A DNA stretch of 64,000 nt from Terriglobia bacterium (GTDB lineage Bacteria > Acidobacteriota > Terriglobia > Acidiferrales > UBA7541), in assembly GCA_963695545.1 (NCBI GenBank), contig OY968796.1, forward strand, positions 1,312,001 to 1,376,000. The letters are read 5' to 3'. Made by a program: the position numbers and the translations under genes. Of the stretch, positions 18,926 through 28,392 are shown piece after piece (the stretch's first letter is position 1; the number at the start of each line of letters is the position of its first letter). The notes below the pieces were generated by a model. It had not been told where the DNA came from, searched no databases, and was given only the letters and a program-made list of their open reading frames with translations.

Positions 18926-21900
18926 TGGAGCCGTGCCCACCGGCAAGGCCAGGCTCTTGCGCGGGTTGCGAAGCACGAACGCGGGTCGAGCGGAAGAAAT
19001 TCGTGCGGTCCAGCACCTTCTCTTGAAATTCTTCGAGGTACAGATAAATGGCCGGCGTCACGTAGAGCGTGATGAACTGGGAAACGATCAATCCCCCGGC
19101 GACCACAAGGCCGAGCGGGCGGCGCGAAGCGCCGTCGGCGCCGAAGCCCGCCGCGATCGGAGCTACGCCCATGAGCGCCGCGAGCGTGGTCATCATGATG
19201 GGCCGGAATCGTTCCATGCTGGCTTCGTGAATCGCCTGATCGTCGGCGATGCCCTGCGCCACGCGCTGCTGCGCGAAGTCCACGATCAGGATTCCGTTTT
19301 TCTTCACGATGCCCATGAGCATGAACATGCCGATGAAGGCGTAGAGCGACGCTTCGGCGTTGAAAATCCACAGCGTCAGTAAGCCGCCGACCAGCGCCAC
19401 CGGCAGCGACGACAGCACCGTGATCGGATGCAAGTAATTCTCATAGAGAATCGCCAGAATTACGTACATCACGAACACGGCCAGGAACATCAGGATCGTC
19501 AGGTCGCGCACGGTATTCTGAAACGTCAGCGCCTCGCCTTGCAGCGAGCCGCGCACGCCTGGGGGCAAGGTCTGCTTGGCGGTATCCTCGACGTACTGCG
19601 TGGCTTGGCCGATGGTGTATCCGGGCTTCAAATTGAAAAATAGAGTTACCGCCGGAAACTGATCGATGTGATTTACGGCTTGCGGGCCCAGCGAAGTGTG
19701 CCAGGAGGTCACGGCGCTCAGCGGAATCAAGCGCTGCCCGTCGTCGCTTTTGATGTAGAGCAGTTGCAGATTCTGCGGGTCGGAGCGGCCGTTGTCCTCG
19801 ACTTCCACGATCACCTGATATTGGTTGGTGGGCTTCTTGATCAGGTAAACGTAGTTTTGCGAGTAGGCCTCGTGGATCAGGTTGAGGATTCGCGTCTCGG
19901 AAACACCATACTCTTTAGCCTGCTCGCGCAGCACATCCACCTGCAAATTTGGCGTATGGTCGAACAGATCGGAATTGACGAATAGAAATCCCGGGTACTG
20001 CATCATCTTTTGCTCGAATTGGCCGGCCACAGCGTACAACTGGTCCTGATCGAATCCCGAAAGTGCGTAGGCGAATTGCCCCTGCGTGTTGGCGGTTGCG
20101 CCGGTGGAGATTTCAAGCACTGGGTTCGGCTGGAGGAAGGTGATCACGCCGGGCACGCTCATTGCCACCTGCCCCATGAGCTGCCCAGCCACCACGTCGA
20201 TCGGCGGACGCTGGCCCGGGGGTTTTAGCAGGGCAAAAACGAAGCCTTGGTTCGACGCGAGAAATCCGGTGGCGCCGCTTACCGAGACGCTCATCTGCAC
20301 GGCGGGATTCGACTCCAGCGCGTGGTCCACTTGTGCCTGATAGGCGTGCATTTGGTCGGGCGAGGAACCTTCCTGCGCGATCATCACGCCGCGGACAAAC
20401 GAGCTGTCTCCGACCGGAAGAAACGATTTGGGGACGACGTCGAACAGATACACGGTGCCGGCCAGGCAGATCACCCAGATCAGCGCGGATATCCAGCGAT
20501 TGCGAAGGAAAAACCACAGCGTACGCCCGTAGAAATCGAGCACGCGGTGTTCGATGCGTCCGCTGGTGCGCTCCATCCAGGTTTTCTTGGCTCCCTCGCC
20601 GCGCGCCGCCAGCAGGCGCGAGCACATCAGCGGCGTGAGCGTCAGCGACACCAGGCCGCTGGCGAAGATCGAAACGATGATGGTGATGGAGAACTCGCGA
20701 AAGATGCGGCCCACCAGGCCCGACATGAACGCCAGCGGAAGGAACACAGCGGCGAGCGAAATGGTCATGGCCACGATCGTGAAGCTGATTTCCTTGGCGG
20801 ATGCGATCGTAGCGTCGAGCGCGCTCAGGCCGGTCTCCATCAGCCGCACGGTGTTCTCCAAAAACACGATGGCGTCGTCCACCAGAAATCCGATCGCCAG
20901 CGTCAGCGCCATCAACGAAAGATTGTCGAGGCTGTAGCCCAGAATCTCCATGACCACGAACGTCAGCAAAATCGAGAGCGGGAGCGCGACCGCCGGAATC
21001 AGCGTGTCCCGAACGCGGCCCAAGAACGCGAAAATCACCAGCACGACCAGAACGAATGCCAGGGCCAGCGTGTTCTCGACGTCCTGAACGCTGTGGACGA
21101 TGGTCAGCGAGCGATCGTAGATGGGCACGATTTCGACCGAGCTCGGCAGTTGCGCCTGAACTCCGGGCAGGAGCGCGCGTACAGCCTTGGAGACTTCCAC
21201 CGCGTTCGAGCCTGCCCGGCGATACACGGCGACGACCACGGTCGCGGAAGGCACGCGCAGGCCGCGCGCCCAAAAATGCAAGTTGATGCGCTCGTCCACC
21301 ACGCTTTCCTGCGCCGACGCCACGTCCTTCAGATAAATCGGCGCGCCATTGACTTGGCCGACGATCAGCTGGTTGTACTGGCTCGCTTCGGTCAGCTGGC
21401 CCTGCGTCTCGAGCAAAAACGTCTGGTGCGCGCCGTCGAATTGCCCGGCTCCGGTGTAGCTTGTGCCGCCGCGCACGGCGCCGACCAAATCGTCCAGCGT
21501 GAGATTGCGCGCCGCCATGGCCGAAGGATCGGCCTTGATGCGTATGGCGGATTGCGCGCCGTAGACGGCGATCTGGCTCACGCCGGGCAAAATGCTGATG
21601 CGTTCGCCGACTTGCGTGCTGGCGTAATCCCACAGTTGCCCTTCGGTCACGCTGTCGCTGCCGAGTCCGATATAAATCAGCGGCTGGTCGTTGGGATTCG
21701 TCTTCGTAAACGTCGGGGGCGCTGGCAGGTCCACGGGCAATTCCGATTCCGCCCGCGAGATCGCGGCCTGCACGTCCGTCGCGGCTGCGTCCACGTTCTT
21801 TGAAAGCGCGAATTGCAGGACGAAACTGGTGAAGCCCTGGCCACTGCTCGAAGTAACCAGTTCAAGGCCGGGAATCTGCATGAACTGCCGCTCGAGCGGT

Positions 21901-22094
21901 GTAGCCACGTTGTTGGCCATGGTTTCCGGCGTAGCGCCCGGATAGCCCACGCTGACTTGAATGACGGGATAGTCCACGGCAGGGAGGTCGTTCACCGGCA
22001 GGCCTAAATACGCCAGCACGCCAAACAGAATGATCGATGCGGTCAGAACGACCGTCATCACCGGGCGGCGAATAAATGGTTCGGAGAAATTCAA
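18918..22094 (-). CDS. RND efflux permease (MdtB/MdtC-like AcrB family)
   Basis: FIRRPV, DLPAVDYP, GFLVDDAIVFLEN, GIVKKNGIL, RFRPIMMTT motifs; 1058 aa. Confidence 0.95.
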   Translation of the reverse strand: MNFSEPFIRRPVMTVVLTASIILFGVLAYLGLPVNDLPAVDYPVIQVSVGYPGATPETMANNVATPLERQFMQIPGLELVTSSSGQGFTSFVLQFALSKNVDAAATDVQAAISRAESELPVDLPAPPTFTKTNPNDQPLIYIGLGSDSVTEGQLWDYASTQVGERISILPGVSQIAVYGAQSAIRIKADPSAMAARNLTLDDLVGAVRGGTSYTGAGQFDGAHQTFLLETQGQLTEASQYNQLIVGQVNGAPIYLKDVASAQESVVDERINLHFWARGLRVPSATVVVAVYRRAGSNAVEVSKAVRALLPGVQAQLPSSVEIVPIYDRSLTIVHSVQDVENTLALAFVLVVLVIFAFLGRVRDTLIPAVALPLSILLTFVVMEILGYSLDNLSLMALTLAIGFLVDDAIVFLENTVRLMETGLSALDATIASAKEISFTIVAMTISLAAVFLPLAFMSGLVGRIFREFSITIIVSIFASGLVSLTLTPLMCSRLLAARGEGAKKTWMERTSGRIEHRVLDFYGRTLWFFLRNRWISALIWVICLAGTVYLFDVVPKSFLPVGDSSFVRGVMIAQEGSSPDQMHAYQAQVDHALESNPAVQMSVSVSGATGFLASNQGFVFALLKPPGQRPPIDVVAGQLMGQVAMSVPGVITFLQPNPVLEISTGATANTQGQFAYALSGFDQDQLYAVAGQFEQKMMQYPGFLFVNSDLFDHTPNLQVDVLREQAKEYGVSETRILNLIHEAYSQNYVYLIKKPTNQYQVIVEVEDNGRSDPQNLQLLYIKSDDGQRLIPLSAVTSWHTSLGPQAVNHIDQFPAVTLFFNLKPGYTIGQATQYVEDTAKQTLPPGVRGSLQGEALTFQNTVRDLTILMFLAVFVMYVILAILYENYLHPITVLSSLPVALVGGLLTLWIFNAEASLYAFIGMFMLMGIVKKNGILIVDFAQQRVAQGIADDQAIHEASMERFRPIMMTTLAALMGVAPIAAGFGADGASRRPLGLVVAGGLIVSQFITLYVTPAIYLYLEEFQEKVLDRTNFFRSTRVRASQPAQEPGLAGGHGSND

Positions 22095-22111
22095 GGCTAG
22101 TGGCCTTCCAC

Positions 22112-23260
22112 CTATCCGCCGCCCGCGGCTGCTGATGTTGGGGCTGCGCCAGGCGGCGCGACGATCACTTTGCCGCCGGGGACTATTGTCAATTGCCCGG
22201 TGAGCACGACGCGCTCACCGGCCGCAACGCCGCTGGATACCACAACGTCATCGCCCTGCCGCTGGCCGAGCGTGACCGGCCGCAATTCAGCGGTGTTGTC
22301 GTCGTGAACCACGTAGACGAACGGCCCCTTCTGACTGATCTGCGTGGCCTCATTCGGAATCAGCACGGCATTCGCTTCGGTCGCCAGAACCAGCCTGACG
22401 TTCACAAACTCGCCGGGCCAAAAATGATGATCCGCATTCGCAATGGTGGCGCGCAGGTTGATCGTGCCCGTCGCGTTTTGCACTGCGTTATCGAGAAAAG
22501 TGAGCGCACCCGCGCGCGCGGTTTCTATGCTGTCCGACGGCAGCCGGACGAGCGTCTTGAGCGCACCGCGGGACATCTGCTGGCTCACGCCGGGCAAATC
22601 CTGTTCGGCGATCGTGAAATCGGCGTAGATCGGGTCGAGCCGCTGGATGGAGAGCAGCGCGGTCGTGTTGGCTTGCACGATGTTGCCCGCGTCCACCAGG
22701 CGCGCCCCGGCGCGGCCATCGATCGGCGAGCGGATCGTGCAGTAATCGAGGCTGAGCTTGGCGTTCTCCACGGCGGCCTCGGCCGCCTGCACCTGCGCCT
22801 GGCCCACTTCGACGGCGTTCTTTCTCGTCACGTAGTCCATTTGCGAAACGGCGCGGGGATCGGTCAGCGATTGGTACATTTTGAATTGCGAATCGGCCAG
22901 GTCGAGCGCGGCTTTGCTCTGCGCCAGTTGCGCGACCGCGGCATCCAGTTGCGCCTGGAAAGGCCGTGGATCGATCACGAATAGTATCTGGCCTTTTTTC
23001 AGATCGGCGCCGTCCGCAAAATCGCGCTCGGTGATCTTTCCGGCCACTTGCGGCATCAGAGTGACGGTTTCAAACGCTCCGGTTCTGCCGATTTCGTCCA
23101 GATACAGTGGCACGGTTGCCGCTTTTGCCGTGACCACCGTGACCAGCGTCGGCGGTAATTGCAGCCCGCCGCCCGCGCCCTGCTGCTTGCTGCAGCCTGC
23201 CCCGGCGAAAAGCGCGGCGGCGAATAAAATTCCAATCGAGACTCGGCTATTCATTCTCAC
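22112..23260 (-). CDS. RND periplasmic adaptor (MdtA-like)
   Basis: Lipoprotein signal (GAGC), IDPRPF, IRSPIDG, DNAVQNATGTI, WPGEFV. Confidence 0.92.
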   Translation of the reverse strand: MRMNSRVSIGILFAAALFAGAGCSKQQGAGGGLQLPPTLVTVVTAKAATVPLYLDEIGRTGAFETVTLMPQVAGKITERDFADGADLKKGQILFVIDPRPFQAQLDAAVAQLAQSKAALDLADSQFKMYQSLTDPRAVSQMDYVTRKNAVEVGQAQVQAAEAAVENAKLSLDYCTIRSPIDGRAGARLVDAGNIVQANTTALLSIQRLDPIYADFTIAEQDLPGVSQQMSRGALKTLVRLPSDSIETARAGALTFLDNAVQNATGTINLRATIANADHHFWPGEFVNVRLVLATEANAVLIPNEATQISQKGPFVYVVHDDNTAELRPVTLGQRQGDDVVVSSGVAAGERVVLTGQLTIVPGGKVIVAPPGAAPTSAAAGGG

Positions 23261-23412
23261 GATTTCTCCGGTGCCACGGATCCGCTGCCCTCGTAAGACC
23301 TTTTGGATGATTCGATCGCGCGACTTGATTCAGCCATTAGCCCTGGACTTCCTGAACTGCACGGACCGCGCTGCGTGGATGGTCGATTGACGGTCTCCGA
23401 CGCGGCGCCGCT

Positions 23413-25470
23413 CTACCAGATGCGACAACGTTCCGTTTCGGGGCGCGCCATTACGTCGCCCGCTTGGCATCCATAGGCAGATGCGAATTCCGAAAGGTTC
23501 GACATCGGTCCGTTGACGCGGAAACGCGCCAACGGATGTGGATCGGTGTTGGTCTGAAGTCGCTCGACTTCCGGCCGATCATTCTCCGCCCAGATGCGCG
23601 CCCATGCCAGATAGAATCGCTGGTCGGGCGTCAGGCCGTCAATCGGAACCGTGGGCTTTCCAGCTTCGGCGGTCTCGAAGGCCATATGAGAAATCGTCAG
23701 GCCTCCCAAGTCGGCGATGCTTTCTCCTTCGACCAGCTTGCCGTTTTCGTGCAGGTCGCCTTGTACAACGTAGGCGTCAAATTGCTTGGCGATGCAATCG
23801 GCGCGCGCCTCGAAGCTCTTGTGATCTTCCGGCGTCCACCAGTCACGTAGGTTTCCCTGCGCGTCGAATTGGCTGCCTTCGTCGTCGAAACCATGGGTCA
23901 TTTCGTGCCCAATAACGGCGCCCATGCCACCGTAATTGAGCGCGTCGTCCGCTTTGGGATCGAAGAACGGAGGCTGCAATATGCCCGCGGGAAAAACGAT
24001 CTCGTTCATCGTCGGATTGTAATAGGCGTCGACGGCCGGCGGCGTCATGCCCCATTCGGTCCGATCAACAGGCTTGCCGATCTGCGCCATCTCTCGCCGG
24101 AACTCGAACGTCTCGCCGCGAAACGCGTTTTCGGCGTAGGAACCGCGCGTGACTTCGTAGGTCGAATAGTCGCGCCATTTGTCGGGATAGCCGATCTTCA
24201 GCGCCATCGCGTCGAGTTTCGCTTCGGCCTGTTTGCGCGTCTCCGGCCCCATCCACGCGAGAGTCTCCATGTCCGCGCGCAGCGCGGCCATCAGGTTGTG
24301 CACCATTTGTAGCGCCGCAACTTTGGCCTGCGGCGGAAACGCCTTTTCGACGTATTTCTGGCCCAGCGCCTCGCCCAAATCGTGATCGGTTGCGGTGACG
24401 CATCGTTTCCAACGCGGCTGAATCTCGGTGGTGCCTTCGAGCGTCCGGTCGTAAAAATCGAAATTCTCTTTCACGAATTTTGAAGATAACAAAGAAGCGG
24501 CGCCGCGAACCAGCTGCCAGCGCAAGTACGTCTTCCAGTCGGCGAGCGGCACCGATTGGAACATCTGGTCGAGCCGCTGGAAGAACTTCGGTTGTTCGAG
24601 ATTGATGGCCGCGATATTGGGGAAGCCAACTTCGCGAAAATAGTCTGCCCAAACGAAATGTGCGGTCAGAGCCTGCAGTTCCGCCGGCGTCATGCGATGG
24701 TAGTTCGCCGCGGGATCGCGCAACTCGACGGAGGTCGAGGAAGCCTCCGCCAGCTGAGTTTCGATGGTCATCACGGTCTTGGCTTCGGCCGCCGCCGCAT
24801 CCGGGGCGTCGCCGAGCAAAACAAACATGCGCGCAACGTGCGCGACGTATTGGTCGCGCAATTTCTTGGACGCATCATCCGGCCGAAAGTAATAATCGCG
24901 ATCGGGCATCCCCAGACCGCCTTGCTCGGCATCGCCGATCATCCGCGTGCTGTCTTTAAAATCCGGCTCGGATCCAAACCCGAACATCGCGTCCACGCCG
25001 ATGGTTTGCAACCGCGTCGCCTCGGCTTCCAGGTCCTGCTCGCTTGCGATCCTGGAGATGCGGTCCAGCTCAGGCTGAAGCGGCGTGGCTCCGGCGGCCT
25101 CGATGCGCGCTTGGTCCATGCAGCTTCCGTAGAAATCGCCGATTTTCTGTTCGATTGAACCGGGCGCGGCGTGCCGGTCTTGGGCGGCGTGCTCAAGGAT
25201 CTGGCGCAGAACTTGCTGGTTCCTGTCGCCCAGCAGGTTGAACTGCCCCCAAGACGAATAGGCAGGCGGAATGGGATTGTGCGCACGCCAGCCGCCGGTC
25301 GCGTACTGATAGAAGTCGGCGCAAGGCTTGCAGGTCGTGTCCAGATCAGACATGTCGAATCCACGGCTCATCGTGCCGCTCGAGCGGACCGCTAGTCCCG
25401 CCACAGCGCTGCCCAAGAAGACCCACGCGACTGCATAGAATGCGACGGCCAGAGGCCGCTGGGAACGCAT
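23413..25470 (-). CDS. M13 family zinc metallopeptidase (neprilysin/PepO-like)
   Basis: PCADFYQYATGGW, AYYNP..NEIVFPAGILQPP, GHEMTHGFDD (HExxH), GESIADLGG, DPH; signal peptide. Confidence 0.95.
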   Translation of the reverse strand: MRSQRPLAVAFYAVAWVFLGSAVAGLAVRSSGTMSRGFDMSDLDTTCKPCADFYQYATGGWRAHNPIPPAYSSWGQFNLLGDRNQQVLRQILEHAAQDRHAAPGSIEQKIGDFYGSCMDQARIEAAGATPLQPELDRISRIASEQDLEAEATRLQTIGVDAMFGFGSEPDFKDSTRMIGDAEQGGLGMPDRDYYFRPDDASKKLRDQYVAHVARMFVLLGDAPDAAAAEAKTVMTIETQLAEASSTSVELRDPAANYHRMTPAELQALTAHFVWADYFREVGFPNIAAINLEQPKFFQRLDQMFQSVPLADWKTYLRWQLVRGAASLLSSKFVKENFDFYDRTLEGTTEIQPRWKRCVTATDHDLGEALGQKYVEKAFPPQAKVAALQMVHNLMAALRADMETLAWMGPETRKQAEAKLDAMALKIGYPDKWRDYSTYEVTRGSYAENAFRGETFEFRREMAQIGKPVDRTEWGMTPPAVDAYYNPTMNEIVFPAGILQPPFFDPKADDALNYGGMGAVIGHEMTHGFDDEGSQFDAQGNLRDWWTPEDHKSFEARADCIAKQFDAYVVQGDLHENGKLVEGESIADLGGLTISHMAFETAEAGKPTVPIDGLTPDQRFYLAWARIWAENDRPEVERLQTNTDPHPLARFRVNGPMSNLSEFASAYGCQAGDVMARPETERCRIW

Positions 25471-25582
25471 GTGCAAGGGCTCCTGTGGAGTGAGGAATTT
25501 ACCCGGACCGCCCAGCATACCGGCGCGCTTCGCCGCCTGTCAAACAACGCCGGAAACGGGTAGTGGGCTGTTTTGAATCGAT

Positions 25583-25786
25583 TCACTTGAGGGTCGTACA
25601 ATTCGGAAAATCACCCAAAGGTTCTGATTTTGGGAGAAGTGCGCAAATTTGCCCTGTTTTAGTATCCAGCGCCGTGAGGTTTGCCGCATTGTAAATCACA
25701 AATCGCTGTGCTCCTGACGTTCGTAATGACAGCCAAAGAGCTATGCAGGCGATTGTCAAAGCCACCCAAGATACAATTCTTTGCAT
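25583..25786 (-). CDS. Small membrane/secreted hypothetical protein (IS passenger)
   Basis: 67 aa; hydrophobic N-terminus, LDTKTGQIC...NC; ends just inside left IR. Confidence 0.5.
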   Translation of the reverse strand: MQRIVSWVALTIACIALWLSLRTSGAQRFVIYNAANLTALDTKTGQICALLPKSEPLGDFPNCTTLK

Positions 25787-25830
25787 TGTTTCCCCCTGCG
25801 GATGATCGTCGTTTGTGGCATAATCCTATC

Positions 25831-26094
25831 ATGCATGGCCGTTCAAGCAAGAGAGATACAGCGCAAAACGCGCTCCGAATTGTTGAGGAAGCCACTGGCG
25901 GTCCCCTGAAAGAGGAACGAAAGCCGATACTGTTTCCAGTGAAGCCAAAAAAGAAAAATCCTGCCGCTGTCGCACTGGGTAAACTTGGCGGGATAAAAGG
26001 CGGGAAAGCACGGGCCGCTAAACTGTCTCCTGAGCGAAGAAAAGCAATAGCCCAACGTGCCGCGCAAGCACGCTGGGCTAAAGGTGAGAGTTAA
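25831..26094 (+). CDS. Small basic KGG-motif protein typical of IS1/IS1595-like elements
   Basis: RDTAQNALRIVEEATG...KNPAAVALGKLGGIKGGKARAAKLSPERRKAIAQRAAQARW; extended -10 TGGCATAAT ends 6 nt before ATG. Confidence 0.8.
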   Translation: MHGRSSKRDTAQNALRIVEEATGGPLKEERKPILFPVKPKKKNPAAVALGKLGGIKGGKARAAKLSPERRKAIAQRAAQARWAKGES

Positions 26095-26123
26095 TCGGTA
26101 AATCGGTGTTGTTGTTCCACCAC

Positions 26124-26176
26124 GCCCCAAGTCATTTCGTCCGGCCAAAGGCTAGATGACTTGGGGCTTCGTGTTT
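26124..26176. terminator. Stem-loop between convergent passenger genes
   Basis: 12-bp inverted repeat GCCCCAAGTCAT...ATGACTTGGGGC followed by T-rich tract. Confidence 0.5.
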
Positions 26177-26274
26177 TCGCTCCTCGGCACGGTGGGTGCG
26201 TGGCCGTGAGCTATCGGTATTATTTTTCGCATCTTTGACCTCGCGTTCGAACGCCCGTTCTGCCAGCGAGCGTT

Positions 26275-27096
26275 TTACTTAGCAGAATTTTTCTCAACGA
26301 CAACCTTAAGCGATCCTCGGCTGTCGTCGGAATCTTTGTAAATCACATTGAAGATCGTAGACGCCATTTCCAGCCACTTCTTGCGATCTTCGGTTGTCCA
26401 TTCCGCTTGTGGTTCGGGTAGCTCCTTGAGTAGTCCCTCGATCAAAGGATGCCGTTTTGTCTCCGGCTGTTCGTGCTTTCGTTTTGGCTCTTTTGGCTCC
26501 TCTTCCTCCTCGTCCCGTTCCTCCAAAACCTCTGTCCTGCTGCTGGCCTTGATACTCGGAGCCACAAGGCGAGAATTGCCAAACTCAAAGAACCCGGCTT
26601 GTTTTGCGGACCTCTGAAATACTTGACGTGCTTTTTCTTTTACCTTTGGACCAACTCCCAAAGTGACCATTGCGCCCACTAGTCCAGAAGTCGGTGGCAG
26701 GGTTGCGCCCTTGAATTGCTCATAGAGCGCCTTGTAAAGCGGAACGGTTAGGAATGAATCGACTCGGGCAGCTTTTTCTTGGTCTGGATCACAAATGCGC
26801 GTACCTAGTTGTGTGAGGGTGACGGTTCCGCGATCATAGGTTAGCAATCCGTACATTTTTGCTGTCAGAGCGCGAAGCCTAAATCCACCGCCGTTCGCCG
26901 CTTGCTGGAAATGTCCAGCCAGTTGATCCCATTGGCACGATGAACCGCCGACAGTGTGTACGCCCTTGGCGAACGTCACTGCATCGTCAAGGTCAAGATA
27001 TGGAAAGCCGATTGTGGATCGTTCTCGACTCCCCTCGCTCTCTTGGGCTTCAGCAACCACTTGTGGTTCTTCTTTCAGCGCTTCCTTTGGTGACAT
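26275..27096 (-). CDS. Hypothetical winged-helix-like protein (IS passenger)
   Basis: 273 aa; AGGAGG SD; FPYLDLDDA...AKMYGLL...TLTQLG...FLTVPLY helical/wHTH-like pattern, charged linker, C-terminal HPLIEGLLKELP...W...KWL domain. Confidence 0.75.
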   Translation of the reverse strand: MSPKEALKEEPQVVAEAQESEGSRERSTIGFPYLDLDDAVTFAKGVHTVGGSSCQWDQLAGHFQQAANGGGFRLRALTAKMYGLLTYDRGTVTLTQLGTRICDPDQEKAARVDSFLTVPLYKALYEQFKGATLPPTSGLVGAMVTLGVGPKVKEKARQVFQRSAKQAGFFEFGNSRLVAPSIKASSRTEVLEERDEEEEEPKEPKRKHEQPETKRHPLIEGLLKELPEPQAEWTTEDRKKWLEMASTIFNVIYKDSDDSRGSLKVVVEKNSAK

Positions 27097-27271
27097 ATCA
27101 GAGCCTCCTTTCGGGCTAGTGACACTCTAATGCCTCCATCGGGATAAAGTCAATGCTTGTTTTCCTATTTAGGAAAGTAAAATACCAAGTTTTCCACAGC
27201 CTGTATAATAAAGGATGGATCAGCACTATTTACTTGACAGCTTGCGCGCTCAAGGATACAATGTGCGCATT

Positions 27272-28120
27272 ATGAATCGCTTAACATTAAACAAAAGAGC
27301 GCAAGTGGTGAATGCCTTGGTTGAAGGAAACAGCATCCGGGCAACGGTAAGGCTAACCGGAGTCTGTAAGGATGCCGTTATCAAGCTGATTCGTGACTTC
27401 GGCAAGACCTGTGCGGACCACCACAATCGTGCCGTTCGTAACGTACATTCGCGCCGCGTGCAGTGCGATGAGGCATGGTCGTTCTGCTACGCGAAGGCTA
27501 AGAACGTTCCAGAAGAAAAGCTAGGAACGGGAGCCGGGGACGTGTGGACGTGGACCGCGATTGATGCCGATTCGAAATTGGTCCTGTCATACCTGTGCGG
27601 CGGACGGAGTGCGGAATGGGGTTATAAGTTCATGGAGGATTTAGCATCGCGAGTGTCCAGTCGCATCCAAATCACGACTGACGGTCATCGTGTCTACGCG
27701 GAGGCCGTCGAAGGTGCTTTTGGAATGGACGTGGACTACGCGATGCTCATAAAAGTCTACGGGAACGATGCTGCGCCAGATACGCGCTACAGCCCAGCCG
27801 AGTGTATTGGCATTCGCACCGCTGTCCTTGCGGGACGCCCGGACCCACGGCATATTTCTACGAGCTACGCGGAGAGGTTGAATCTCAATCTGAGAATGGG
27901 TATGCGAAGATTCACGCGCTTGACGAATGCCTTCTCCAAGAAATTCGAGAATCACTGTCACATGGTCGCAATCTATTTCGCGTACTACAATTTCTGCCGC
28001 ATCCACCAGACACTCAGGGTTACGCCAGCGATGGAGGCCGGATTAGCAGACCACGTTTGGAGTCTTGAAGAGTTGGTTGGTCTGTTGGAGGCCGAAGAGA
28101 AGATAGAAAGGGCGGCATGA
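27272..28120 (+). CDS. IS1-family DDE transposase
   Basis: N-terminal HTH (LVEGNSIRATVRLTGV), QCDEAWSF, VWTWTAID, TTDG, ERLNLNLR...RRFTR, YNFCRIH, TPAMEAG; TTGACA-17-TACAAT promoter immediately upstream. Confidence 0.9.
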   Translation: MNRLTLNKRAQVVNALVEGNSIRATVRLTGVCKDAVIKLIRDFGKTCADHHNRAVRNVHSRRVQCDEAWSFCYAKAKNVPEEKLGTGAGDVWTWTAIDADSKLVLSYLCGGRSAEWGYKFMEDLASRVSSRIQITTDGHRVYAEAVEGAFGMDVDYAMLIKVYGNDAAPDTRYSPAECIGIRTAVLAGRPDPRHISTSYAERLNLNLRMGMRRFTRLTNAFSKKFENHCHMVAIYFAYYNFCRIHQTLRVTPAMEAGLADHVWSLEELVGLLEAEEKIERAA

Positions 28121-28121
28121 A

Positions 28122-28367
28122 ATGAAAAACACGGTCGAAGTTGGAATGCTCATACTTGCGGTGATCGGCGCAGTTGGTGGAATATGGAATCGACTAAAGC
28201 TGAACAAAGGGATCGGCATTCGGTTTATTCAGTATCTAGGACTTACAGTGCTTGTCCCGCTTGTTGTGCTTTTGTCGCTAGAGGACAGAATCAGCCAGGA
28301 GATGACTGGAGCCATTGTTGCAACAGCCGTGGGGGCTGTCTTGGCCGGAATCGGAAAAGAAGAATGA
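28122..28367 (+). CDS. Small multi-TM membrane protein (IS passenger)
   Basis: 81 aa with three hydrophobic segments; starts 1 nt after transposase stop; stop touches right IR. Confidence 0.65.
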   Translation: MKNTVEVGMLILAVIGAVGGIWNRLKLNKGIGIRFIQYLGLTVLVPLVVLLSLEDRISQEMTGAIVATAVGAVLAGIGKEE

Positions 28368-28392
28368 AAACAGCCCACTACCCGGAAACGGT

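Larger units (their letters stand above)
25559..28382. mobile_element. Complete IS1-family element carrying passenger genes (2,824 bp)
   Basis: Terminal IRs GGTAGTGGGCTGTTTT (25559-25574) and AAAACAGCCCACTACC (28367-28382); 8-bp direct repeat CGGAAACG at 25551-25558 and 28383-28390; DDE transposase inside; visibly more AT-rich than flanks. Confidence 0.92.

Noticed and set aside
26152..26232. 26-aa minus-strand ORF MRKIIPIAHGHAPTVPRSENTKPQVI inside the IS
   Set aside because: Has a GAGG upstream but is very short, overlaps the hairpin and has no motif; insufficient evidence.
27190..27199. DnaA-box-like TTTTCCACAG near the transposase promoter
   Set aside because: A single 9-mer in an AT-rich stretch; could easily be chance.
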